Positions 27,922-36,766 of a stretch of DNA of 51,222 nt are shown in pieces. The notes under the pieces were generated by a model that saw nothing but the letters and a program-made list of their open reading frames with translations, searched no databases and had not been told where the DNA came from. Source of the stretch: an uncultured Ruminococcus sp. (GTDB taxonomy: Bacteria > Bacillota > Clostridia > Oscillospirales > CAG-272); the NCBI GenBank assembly GCA_902785485.1, contig CACZZA010000001.1, positions 1 through 51,222 of the forward strand. Reading direction: 5' to 3'. Each line of letters opens with the position of its first letter. The stretch's first letter is position 1. Made by a program: the position numbers and the translations under genes.

Positions 27922-29350
27922 GCTACAAAAAGAAAAGAAACTGATCAAAAATACGATTTGGTATTTTATGGGATCATTTTCTTCAAAAGCAATTTCTTTT
28001 TTACTTGTTCCGCTATATACGAGTATTCTTACAACAGCAGAATACAGTATTTCAGATATAATTTCGACAACTGTAAGTCTTTCATTACCGTTCTTTACTC
28101 TTATTATAAGTAGTGCGGTATTTAGATTTGTGCTTGACAAAAAAGGCAATTACGATAAGATCTTCACACTCGGTTTTTCAACAGTTATAATTGGTTTCAT
28201 ACCTCTTGCAATTATTTCTTTCGTGGTATTTATGTGTATTGACACGTTAAGAAATTATTGGTTGTATTTTGTTCTATACTATATTCTCAGCGCCATTGCC
28301 ACCCTAGAGTCTGAGTTTCTAAAGGGACAGGAAAAGGTCAAGACTGTTGCCTTGGTGGGTTTTATTTATACAGTTGTCGTTATTGGGCTTAATATCTTAT
28401 TCCTTGTAGTATTGAAAATGAGGATAGAAGGATATCTAATTGCTCATCTCATCAGCTCAGGCGTTTCCGTTATAATGTATGCTATCCTCGGCAAAACACA
28501 TCGATATATAATAGATCCGCGTAAAATAGGCCCTGATCTGCGGAAAGAAATGTACAAGTATTCGATCCCGATGATTCCAAATTCTGCCATGTGGTGGATT
28601 ACAAACTCGTCGGATAGATATTTTGTTTCCGCGATGGTCTCCATCTCTGCAAACGGACTCCTGTCGGTGTCTTACAAAATTCCGTCGCTTCTTGCGGTGT
28701 TTATTAGTATTTTTCATAGTGCGTGGGAACTGTCGGTCGTAGAGGATTTTGAAAAAGACAGCGGAAAAGCTTTCTTCAACGAAATATATCAAAAATACAT
28801 CGAATTCAATATTATTATAACAGCTTTTTTGGTAATAACTTCGAAACTTTTGGGATCTTTTTTATACGCATCAGATTTTTTTGAGGCGTGGAAATATTCC
28901 GCGATTCTCGTCGTTGGTTATTCTTTCCATTCTATGGCAGGTTTTTTGGGAACTGTATTTACTACTGTAAAAAAAACCAAACTGCTTTTTATATCAACTT
29001 TCATCGGTGCCGGATCAAACCTTATTTTGAACTTCGTTCTTATCAATTTCTTCGGTATCATCGGTGCGGTTATCGCAACAGTAGTAAGTTACTTTTTAAC
29101 GTTTGCTGTCAGATTGATCGGAGCTAAAAAACTGATCACGCTCACAACGAAATTGACAAAAAATGTGCTTTCTTTCTGTCTTATTATTGTGGAAGCGATT
29201 CTTGTTTTCTTTGATACGTTTTACGGATTTATAGTTGCCGGCATTATTTTTGCTGCACTTATTGTAGTCAACAGAGCTTTCTTTACTTATGTATTTAATA
29301 TAATATTCACAATGTTAAAGAAATTAATAAAACGCAGGAGTGAAAAATGA
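27911..29350 (+). CDS. wzx: Wzx-type polysaccharide flippase
   Basis: LIKNT...FLLVPLYT, YSIPMIPN..WWITNSSDR; about 14 TM. Confidence 0.88.
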   Translation: MSNRLQKEKKLIKNTIWYFMGSFSSKAISFLLVPLYTSILTTAEYSISDIISTTVSLSLPFFTLIISSAVFRFVLDKKGNYDKIFTLGFSTVIIGFIPLAIISFVVFMCIDTLRNYWLYFVLYYILSAIATLESEFLKGQEKVKTVALVGFIYTVVVIGLNILFLVVLKMRIEGYLIAHLISSGVSVIMYAILGKTHRYIIDPRKIGPDLRKEMYKYSIPMIPNSAMWWITNSSDRYFVSAMVSISANGLLSVSYKIPSLLAVFISIFHSAWELSVVEDFEKDSGKAFFNEIYQKYIEFNIIITAFLVITSKLLGSFLYASDFFEAWKYSAILVVGYSFHSMAGFLGTVFTTVKKTKLLFISTFIGAGSNLILNFVLINFFGIIGAVIATVVSYFLTFAVRLIGAKKLITLTTKLTKNVLSFCLIIVEAILVFFDTFYGFIVAGIIFAALIVVNRAFFTYVFNIIFTMLKKLIKRRSEK

Positions 29351-31074
29351 AAAATGTAGTCTTCATCGTTATGGATTCGGTGTTCGAAGAAATACTTAAT
29401 GCTAACGATAACGTTTGTCCGTTCATCAATTCGATCAGAGGCAAATCTTTGTATTTTTCTAATGTGTATTCTCAAGGCCCATATACGGAAGCAGGAACAA
29501 AAGGACTTCTATGCAGCGAAGACACGTTAGACAACGAGGCGTATCTTCATAGGTATTCAAACGCTAAGAACTTTATCTCAAGTATTTTCAAAGACAACGG
29601 ATACAAAACAACAAGTTTGATTTACCCGACTACTTTGTATAACAAAAAGATAATAGAAAAACTGGACAACATTTTCTTTTCTTCTGTATTTCTGCCGGAT
29701 GTGTTCTGGAACCAAAAGTTGCTTTTTTATAAAAGCGTTAAAGAAGAGAACGGACTCGACGAAAGTGATTACGTCAGAATATTCGGAATACTTGAAGATG
29801 TATTTGATTTTTGGCTTTATTCTCTCGATAGGAAAGAGCACCCTGATAACTTTAAGATGCTCGATAAATATAATTCTGGATTTCCTTGGGAAGATCTATA
29901 TAGATCCGTAGAGAACGAAAGGGAAAAATACCAATACGATAAGAAGGCATATGTAGATTCATTGCTTTTGTCGAATAACAACTTTTTACAGACAAAAACG
30001 TTTGCCGAGACTGATATTTTGAAAAACAACGCCTTGAAAAAAGCAATAAAAAAGAGACGTGCTTTTTGCCTGAAATTGTCTTTTTTTCAGCTGTTCCGCG
30101 AAGTAAAGAATTTGAACTTGTTGTTCTCGTTGACAAAGAAAGAAAAGTCAAAGTCAGAGAGAAAAAAGCTCAGAAAAGCGTGGCTTACCTCAGTAAAACG
30201 GGCATTCGATATATTTACTGTCAAGAAAAGCAAAGATTTCAAACTGTTACTGTCGGCAGGGGCTCAATTGGATTTTGCCGCTGATTATCTTATCAACAAT
30301 CAAAAAGAACCTCAGTTTTTGATGGTGCACATAGAAGAACCTCATTATTATAACACATTTTTCTCTTACGACTGTGAAGACATTGATAAGATCGTGGGGG
30401 AGTTTGACTATGCAGACGAGTACTTGCGGTCCGTCAAAAAGACCGGATACAGCGGATTTGCTTACTATGACCTGTCGCTGAGATATGTTGATTTACAGAT
30501 CAAGAAACTGTTCGATAAGTTGAAAGCCAACGGGGCTCTTGAAAATACCATAGTGGTTTTGACTTCTGACCATGGTTCGTCATATACTGGGAGGTTCATC
30601 AGGCCGAGAAGTGTAATCAATTTTCATAAAGAAAATTATCACATTCCTTTTATCATATACGGAGACAATATTTCCGGAAAGACAGTCGACAAACTGTCTT
30701 CAAATTTGGATATTATTCCGACGCTTCTAAAATTTCTGAATCTTTCTTCACCAACCGATCTTTCCGGAAAAGATATTCTAAGCACAGAAGCAAGGGATCA
30801 TATATTGATCGAATTTATGGGGGCGGGGTGCCCGGATATCCATTTGAAGCCTGCTTGGATAGCCGCAAAAAGTAATTATTGTCAAGTGTCTTATATTGGC
30901 TCGGTCTTGAAAGAATTCAAGTGTGACAATATCGATGCGGTATACGATTTGAAGGAAGACCCCGATCAGTATAATAATTTGAATGGAAGAAACACGGGAA
31001 TAGAAGCAGAAAGGCTCATCGGCTGTATCAAGGCAAGACTCGAACAGTTAAGAAAAGAGTATAGCAGCGAATGA
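29347..31074 (+). CDS. Alkaline-phosphatase/sulfatase superfamily protein with Thr nucleophile
   Basis: NVVFIVMDS, SQGPYTEAG, EPH, LTSDHG, HIPFII, DIIPTLL, YDLKEDP. Confidence 0.75.
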   Translation: MKNVVFIVMDSVFEEILNANDNVCPFINSIRGKSLYFSNVYSQGPYTEAGTKGLLCSEDTLDNEAYLHRYSNAKNFISSIFKDNGYKTTSLIYPTTLYNKKIIEKLDNIFFSSVFLPDVFWNQKLLFYKSVKEENGLDESDYVRIFGILEDVFDFWLYSLDRKEHPDNFKMLDKYNSGFPWEDLYRSVENEREKYQYDKKAYVDSLLLSNNNFLQTKTFAETDILKNNALKKAIKKRRAFCLKLSFFQLFREVKNLNLLFSLTKKEKSKSERKKLRKAWLTSVKRAFDIFTVKKSKDFKLLLSAGAQLDFAADYLINNQKEPQFLMVHIEEPHYYNTFFSYDCEDIDKIVGEFDYADEYLRSVKKTGYSGFAYYDLSLRYVDLQIKKLFDKLKANGALENTIVVLTSDHGSSYTGRFIRPRSVINFHKENYHIPFIIYGDNISGKTVDKLSSNLDIIPTLLKFLNLSSPTDLSGKDILSTEARDHILIEFMGAGCPDIHLKPAWIAAKSNYCQVSYIGSVLKEFKCDNIDAVYDLKEDPDQYNNLNGRNTGIEAERLIGCIKARLEQLRKEYSSE

Positions 31075-31120
31075 GCGGTAAGAATGAGAAGAATACGTTT
31101 GTTTCAATTGAGGTCGGTAT

Positions 31121-32323
31121 ATGGAACTGAAAAAAGTATTGCTTTACTTGATATTGATAATGTCGACATTTTATGCATTTATTCAGGCGGCCGGAATTAT
31201 CAGGATTGATGTTCTTTTGATTATAATGTTTGTTATGACGGTCGTTCTGCTTTTTATTGCAAAAAAAGTTCGTTTCAATAACACAGCGGCACTGTATCTG
31301 TTAGTTTTGCTGTTGATGTGTATCAGTCTTTTTTATACGGTCGACACAGAACTTACCGTGACATACATCTACGTTATGGTCTACGGATTTGTTTTGTTTG
31401 TTTGTTGTTTGTCTCATAAAGACGCTCCCGATTGCCTTATCAAGGTACTGCTTGCTTTTTCTCTGATAAACGTTTTTGCCACAATTTTTTCTATTTTAGC
31501 GGGCGACTCTTTCACCAAGTTCGTTTCCGCTTTATTTCCGAAATTGAATACTAAGTTTGAGTTTGCATCGGGAATGTTGGGTCAAACCGGGACAAACTCA
31601 TATGTTATCGTTTATTCCTGTTTATATTATTGGATAAATATAATTGCCTCTTCGGAAAAGAAAACAAAACATCTGATTTTTCTTCTCTTATCTGTATTCG
31701 CTTTGCTTTTGACGGGAAAAAGAGGACCTCTGATATGGCTTGTTGCAACTGCTATGATAGTTGATTTAGTCTTTCAAAATCATACAAAAGCTTCAGACCT
31801 GTTAAAAAGCGTTTTCAAATACATAGGAATTATTCTTGTGATTGTCTTGTTCTTTGTTACAGTTGATAATATTGACATAGTAAGCAACGCTCTGTCCAGG
31901 TTTATTGTTGATCAGGAGAAAGACTTCTCATCAGGAAGATTCAAACTGTACGAAAAAGGGATTCAATATATTAAGGATAACTTTTTTTTCGGGGTCGGAG
32001 CCGGCGCTTATAACCATTTTGGACAAGGAGTTCATAATGACTATTTGCAAATCATAGCAGAAAACGGGATCTTTAGTTCTCTGTTGTTTTTTGCCTTTAT
32101 ACTGTTAAATCTAAAAAACGCTTTTCGAACTTTCAAAAAAACCTATAATAAAATAATACCGTTGTATTTTTTGGGATTACAGATTTTTATGGCTCTTAAT
32201 GCACTTACGGGGACATCATATCTTCATTATGGGTTATTTTTCATTTACATTGAAGTTTGCTCGTGCAACTATGTTTTGTATTACCATGATGAAATCACAG
32301 AGATAAAAGCTGCTTCGCAATGA
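31121..32323 (+). CDS. Wzy/O-antigen ligase-like polymerase
   Basis: About 10-11 TM; LLTGKRG, SSGR, FGVGAG, HNDYLQIIAENGI. Confidence 0.82.
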   Translation: MELKKVLLYLILIMSTFYAFIQAAGIIRIDVLLIIMFVMTVVLLFIAKKVRFNNTAALYLLVLLLMCISLFYTVDTELTVTYIYVMVYGFVLFVCCLSHKDAPDCLIKVLLAFSLINVFATIFSILAGDSFTKFVSALFPKLNTKFEFASGMLGQTGTNSYVIVYSCLYYWINIIASSEKKTKHLIFLLLSVFALLLTGKRGPLIWLVATAMIVDLVFQNHTKASDLLKSVFKYIGIILVIVLFFVTVDNIDIVSNALSRFIVDQEKDFSSGRFKLYEKGIQYIKDNFFFGVGAGAYNHFGQGVHNDYLQIIAENGIFSSLLFFAFILLNLKNAFRTFKKTYNKIIPLYFLGLQIFMALNALTGTSYLHYGLFFIYIEVCSCNYVLYYHDEITEIKAASQ

Positions 32324-32338
32324 TGGAGCCAAAGAAAA

Positions 32339-32366
32339 ACAGACCAATATTATGTTATTGGTCTGT
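32339..32366. terminator. Hairpin between convergent wzy and cytidylyltransferase genes
   Basis: ACAGACCAATA / TATTGGTCTGT stem; T-tract follows on minus strand. Confidence 0.55.
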
Positions 32367-32422
32367 AAAAAAATAATAAAGAATAATTCATATGACATTG
32401 TGAAAAACGGCAAGTTGAGTTT

Positions 32423-33316
32423 TTACACGTCGTAAGTCTTGTCTATCGCTTTAAGTTCGCGGAAGGTGTCGATCTCGACTATATCCTCTTCCCTGCAGGG
32501 ACGGACTTCGACCCGGTACTGTCCCTTATAGACCTGATTCGGCACGGTTTCCCAGTATCTTTCCTTACCGCCGGGAGCGAGATAAGCCTCTTTTATATGT
32601 TCGGAGAGCTTTGCGCCGTCGGAGGCGTTCCAGTAGTAGATGCCTACCATCTGATAGGTGTTGAGCCCGCCGACCTTTTCTTCGGTGACGAAACCGTCTT
32701 TGTCGGTATCGAGACACCAGTCGTCGGTGCGTTCCTTATAGATACCCAGAACGTCGGAATTGTAATGATACTTTGTGATGATAGCCGGATTCGAGAGCAG
32801 CAGATCCGCTTCGAATACGTATGAGTTCTGCATCAGATACCGCGCCGCCATCGCCGAGCTGATGTTATTGGCTTCGTTGTAGCTCGGGTTTTCTATGAAC
32901 TTTATCATAGGGTATTTGTAGAGCAGCTGATCGAACTGTTCCGAAAGGTATCCGCGTACGATATAAATTTCATCGATACCCGCGTCCAGGACTGCGTCGA
33001 TAAGAGTGTCTATGATGCGCTTGCCGTTCACACGGACGAGCGGCTTGGGTGTGTTCAGCGTCACGGGGACAAGCCGCGTACCGAAACCGGCGGCGATGAA
33101 CACCGCTCTCTTAGCTCTGTATGGTTCGAGCGCGTCGGTTCCCGCGGGTGTGATAGTCCCGTTTTTCAAATACCCCGCTTCAATAAGGTCTTTAACTCCC
33201 TTGTTCACGGTCCCGAGGCTGTATCCGATCTTTTTTTCAAGTCCTCTCTGTGTCAGTTTTTCCTTTGAAGTTGCAATCGTCGATAGAATGTCGAATTGGA
33301 TCCTGGTGAGAGACAT
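32423..33316 (-). CDS. LicC/PntC-like cytidylyltransferase with N-terminal winged HTH
   Basis: TQRGLEKKIGYSLGTVNK HTH; IAAGFGTRLVPVTLNTPKPL, NNISS, EADL, EIDTFREL; ATG 33316 after AAAGGA. Confidence 0.85.
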   Translation of the reverse strand: MSLTRIQFDILSTIATSKEKLTQRGLEKKIGYSLGTVNKGVKDLIEAGYLKNGTITPAGTDALEPYRAKRAVFIAAGFGTRLVPVTLNTPKPLVRVNGKRIIDTLIDAVLDAGIDEIYIVRGYLSEQFDQLLYKYPMIKFIENPSYNEANNISSAMAARYLMQNSYVFEADLLLSNPAIITKYHYNSDVLGIYKERTDDWCLDTDKDGFVTEEKVGGLNTYQMVGIYYWNASDGAKLSEHIKEAYLAPGGKERYWETVPNQVYKGQYRVEVRPCREEDIVEIDTFRELKAIDKTYDV

Positions 33317-33376
33317 AATGTATTTTCCTTTCATTGTGTTCAAAAAATGACTCTGAATGTTGTTTTACTGAACACT

Positions 33377-33468
33377 ATTATACCTCTGAAAAATAATTTG
33401 TCAATAGAAAAATGTGTCAACTCAGTGCTCAATAAAGTCGTTGACAAATATTCCATAACAGTTATAAT
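33377..33468. promoter_or_regulatory. Back-to-back divergent sigma-A promoters (cytidylyltransferase / licD2)
   Basis: Minus: TTGACA(33404)-16-TATAAT(33382); plus: TTGACA(33441)-16-TATAAT(33463). Confidence 0.7.
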
Positions 33469-33608
33469 AATAAATGAACCGGTGTTTATGTCAGGAGAAC
33501 AGCATTAAAAATGTATCGGAAAAGGGAAACGTCGATTTCAGTTTTCCAATGACTGCATTTTTCGATAATATTTATGCGGCATTTTTTCTTCAGCACAAGG
33601 AGCAATAA

Positions 33609-34481
33609 ATGGAAAAAGAACTCTATAAGACCAACGAAGATCTGAAAGAACTTCAGGAAATAACGTTCAAAATACTGATGTATTTAAAGGGAATCTGTAA
33701 AGAGTTGGGACTAAGGTATTTTCTTGCGTACGGCACCCTGATAGGCGCGATAAGACACCACGGTTTCGTGCCGTGGGACGACGATATCGACGTTTGGATG
33801 CCGAGAGAGGATTTTATGATCCTTTTGGACTATCTTTGTAAAAACGAAGACGAGAGATACACCGTATCTACCGGCAAATACAAGATCAAAGGGGAATGGC
33901 CCGAAAAACTCCAGATCAAGATTCTGGACAAGTACGTCGAGGTCGAAAGAGGGTGGGAAAAGAAAGGTCATTTTATATCGTCACACCCGTGGATCGACGT
34001 TTTTGCGCTTGACAACGCCCCCGACAAGCGCGAGGATTTTATTAAAAAATTCAGAAAAAAACGCGTCTGGTATCAGCTCTGCAGAAGCAAATTTTTTAAT
34101 ACGGATCTTAATAATATCATGGGAACGATAGACCGGACAGTCTATTTTATGTACAATAAAATGCATCTGCTCCGCCACGTTTTGAACTATGATAAGGCGG
34201 GAGAACGTTTGTTCGAAGCGGTGACCGCGTGCAGAAACGATCCGTCCGGAAAGCAGTATTTCTGTAACGCCGCGGTATACGTCCACAAGATCGACAAGTG
34301 CTTCTTCGACAAAGAATGGTTCGCCGATTCGATAGAAGTTCCGTACGGTGACGGGATGTTCTCGGTTCCTTCGGGATACGACGCCATTTTGACCAAGATC
34401 TACGGAGATTACATGACGCCTCCGCCGCTTGAAGCACGTACCGGGGGACACTTCGGTAAGATACTTTCAAGAAAAGATTAA
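33609..34481 (+). CDS. licD: Second LicD family phosphotransferase
   Basis: YGTLIGAIRHHGFVPWDDDID, WIDVFALD, YGDYMTPPP. Confidence 0.92.
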   Translation: MEKELYKTNEDLKELQEITFKILMYLKGICKELGLRYFLAYGTLIGAIRHHGFVPWDDDIDVWMPREDFMILLDYLCKNEDERYTVSTGKYKIKGEWPEKLQIKILDKYVEVERGWEKKGHFISSHPWIDVFALDNAPDKREDFIKKFRKKRVWYQLCRSKFFNTDLNNIMGTIDRTVYFMYNKMHLLRHVLNYDKAGERLFEAVTACRNDPSGKQYFCNAAVYVHKIDKCFFDKEWFADSIEVPYGDGMFSVPSGYDAILTKIYGDYMTPPPLEARTGGHFGKILSRKD

Positions 34482-34556
34482 CGGCATTTTAACGGTTTAA
34501 TATAATAACGTCGGAGAAAAACGGAAAGTCAATGACCGACCAAAAGGAGATTAAAA

Positions 34557-35594
34557 ATGAGTGCATTCAACGGCGCAACGTTAATGATAACTGGCGGTAC
34601 GGGGAGTTTTGGAAACACCGTGCTGAAACATTTTCTGTCATCGGATATCGGAGAGATCCGCATCTTTTCCCGCGATGAGAAAAAACAGGACGACATGAGG
34701 CACGATCTTCAGGCAAAATATCCCGACCACGCGGGCAAGGTCAAATTCTTCGTAGGCGACGTGCGCGATCCACGGTCCATCTCAGATGCGATGCCGGGGG
34801 TGGATTACATATTTCACGCGGCGGCGCTGAAGCAGGTGCCGTCATGCGAATTTTTCCCGATGCAAGCGGTCAAGACCAACATAGAGGGGACCGACAACGT
34901 CCTCCACGCCGCAATAGAAGCGGGAGTAAAAAAAGTCGTATGTCTTTCCACCGACAAAGCGGCGTATCCGATAAACGCCATGGGTATCTCAAAAGCGATG
35001 ATGGAACACGTCATCTACGCCAATGCGAGAGTTGCGGCTGAGCGCGGCGGTACGGTGATCTGCTGTACACGTTACGGAAACGTTATGTGCAGCCGCGGAT
35101 CGGTCATTCCGCTCTTCATCGATCAGATCAAGTCCGGAAATCCCATTACCATCACTAACCCGGCAATGACTCGTTTTCTGATGAATCTTGACGAGGCTGT
35201 CGAACTTGTCCGCTTTGCCTTCAATAATGCCAACCCCGGCGATCTTTTCATCCAAAAAGCGGACGCATCGACGATAGGCGATCTTGCAAAGGGAGTCCAG
35301 AAGCTCTTCGGTGACACCGGGACGAACATAATCGGCACACGCCACGGCGAGAAGCTTTACGAAACTCTGATGACACGCGAAGAAAGATTGCGTTCCGAGG
35401 ATATGGGGGATTATTTCCGTGTCGCCGCAGATAACCGCGACCTCAATTATGATAAGTTCTTTGTCGAAGGACAGGTGCTGACCGAAGCCGAAGAGAGCTA
35501 CACGAGTCATAACACGAGACTTCTTGACGTGGACGGAGTAATAAAGAAAATACTGACGACCGATTACGTAAAAGAAGCGCTTGAAAAGAATTAA
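34557..35594 (+). CDS. fnlA: UDP-GlcNAc 4,6-dehydratase/5-epimerase (FnlA/CapE/WbjB)
   Basis: ITGGTGSFG, FSRDEKKQDDMR, HAAALKQVPSCEFFP, RYGNVMCSRGSVIPLF, DNRDLNY. Confidence 0.9.
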   Translation: MSAFNGATLMITGGTGSFGNTVLKHFLSSDIGEIRIFSRDEKKQDDMRHDLQAKYPDHAGKVKFFVGDVRDPRSISDAMPGVDYIFHAAALKQVPSCEFFPMQAVKTNIEGTDNVLHAAIEAGVKKVVCLSTDKAAYPINAMGISKAMMEHVIYANARVAAERGGTVICCTRYGNVMCSRGSVIPLFIDQIKSGNPITITNPAMTRFLMNLDEAVELVRFAFNNANPGDLFIQKADASTIGDLAKGVQKLFGDTGTNIIGTRHGEKLYETLMTREERLRSEDMGDYFRVAADNRDLNYDKFFVEGQVLTEAEESYTSHNTRLLDVDGVIKKILTTDYVKEALEKN

Positions 35595-35605
35595 GGGAGA
35601 ATAAT

Positions 35606-36766
35606 ATGGCGGACTGGAAGAACGACGGAAAACTCAAGCTACTGATTATTGTCGGTACACGTCCCGAAATAATCAGACTTGCCGCAGTGATCAAAAAATG
35701 CAGAAGATATTTCGACACGATCCTTGCCCATACCGGGCAGAACTACGACTACAACCTCAACGGAGTGTTCTTCAAGGATCTTGCGCTCGATGAACCCGAA
35801 GTATATCTCAATGCGGTTGGCGCAGACCTCGGAGAAACTATGGGAAACATCATTTCGAAGTCTTATAAACTTATGGCAGAATTGTCCCCCGACGCGGTGT
35901 TGGTTTTAGGAGATACAAACTCGTGCCTTTCCGTGATCGGCGCAAAGAGGCTCCACATACCGATCTTCCATATGGAGGCAGGTAACCGCTGCAAGGATGA
36001 GTGTCTTCCGGAGGAAACGAACCGGAGGATCGTCGATATCATTTCGGATGTCAACCTTGCTTACTCCGAACACGCGCGCCGCTATCTTGCTGAATGCGGA
36101 CTTCCCAAAGAGCGTACTTACGTAACCGGATCGCCTATGGCTGAAGTCCTTCGTGAGAATTTGGAGCAGATAGAAAAAAGCGATATTCATTCACGTGTAG
36201 GACTTGAAAAAAGAAAATACATTCTTTTGTCCGCGCATAGGGAAGAGAACATCGACACCGAGAAGAATTTTATGTCGCTTTTCGGCGCCATAAACGAAAT
36301 GGCGAAAAAATACGATCTTCCTGTGCTTTATTCCTGTCATCCGAGAAGCAAAAAGCGTCTTGACTCGACCGGATTTGTCCTTGACAAGAGAGTCATCCGT
36401 CACGAACCGCTCGGGTTTCACGATTACAACTGTCTGCAAATGAACGCGTTTTGCGTCGTTTCAGACAGCGGCACGCTTCCCGAGGAGAGCTCGTTTTTCA
36501 CCTCGATCGGAAAGCCTTTTCCCGCGGTATGCATCAGGACATCGACCGAACGTCCCGAAGCGCTTGACAAGGGGTGCTTCATACTTTCAGGTATCGACAA
36601 GTCGGGATTGCTTCAAGCGGTCGACACGGCAGTCGAAATGGTGAAAAACGGTGACAACGGGATCCCTGTCCCCGATTATACCGACGAAAACGTCAGCGAC
36701 AAGGTAATAAAGATCATCCAGTCTTATACCGGAGTCGTAAATAAGATGGTGTGGAGAAAAGAATGA
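35606..36766 (+). CDS. wecB: UDP-N-acetylhexosamine 2-epimerase (FnlC/CapG/WbjD type)
   Basis: VGTRPEIIRL, HTGQNYDY, GDTNS, HMEAGNRC, PEETNR, HREENID, SDSGT, TERPE. Confidence 0.9.
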   Translation: MADWKNDGKLKLLIIVGTRPEIIRLAAVIKKCRRYFDTILAHTGQNYDYNLNGVFFKDLALDEPEVYLNAVGADLGETMGNIISKSYKLMAELSPDAVLVLGDTNSCLSVIGAKRLHIPIFHMEAGNRCKDECLPEETNRRIVDIISDVNLAYSEHARRYLAECGLPKERTYVTGSPMAEVLRENLEQIEKSDIHSRVGLEKRKYILLSAHREENIDTEKNFMSLFGAINEMAKKYDLPVLYSCHPRSKKRLDSTGFVLDKRVIRHEPLGFHDYNCLQMNAFCVVSDSGTLPEESSFFTSIGKPFPAVCIRTSTERPEALDKGCFILSGIDKSGLLQAVDTAVEMVKNGDNGIPVPDYTDENVSDKVIKIIQSYTGVVNKMVWRKE

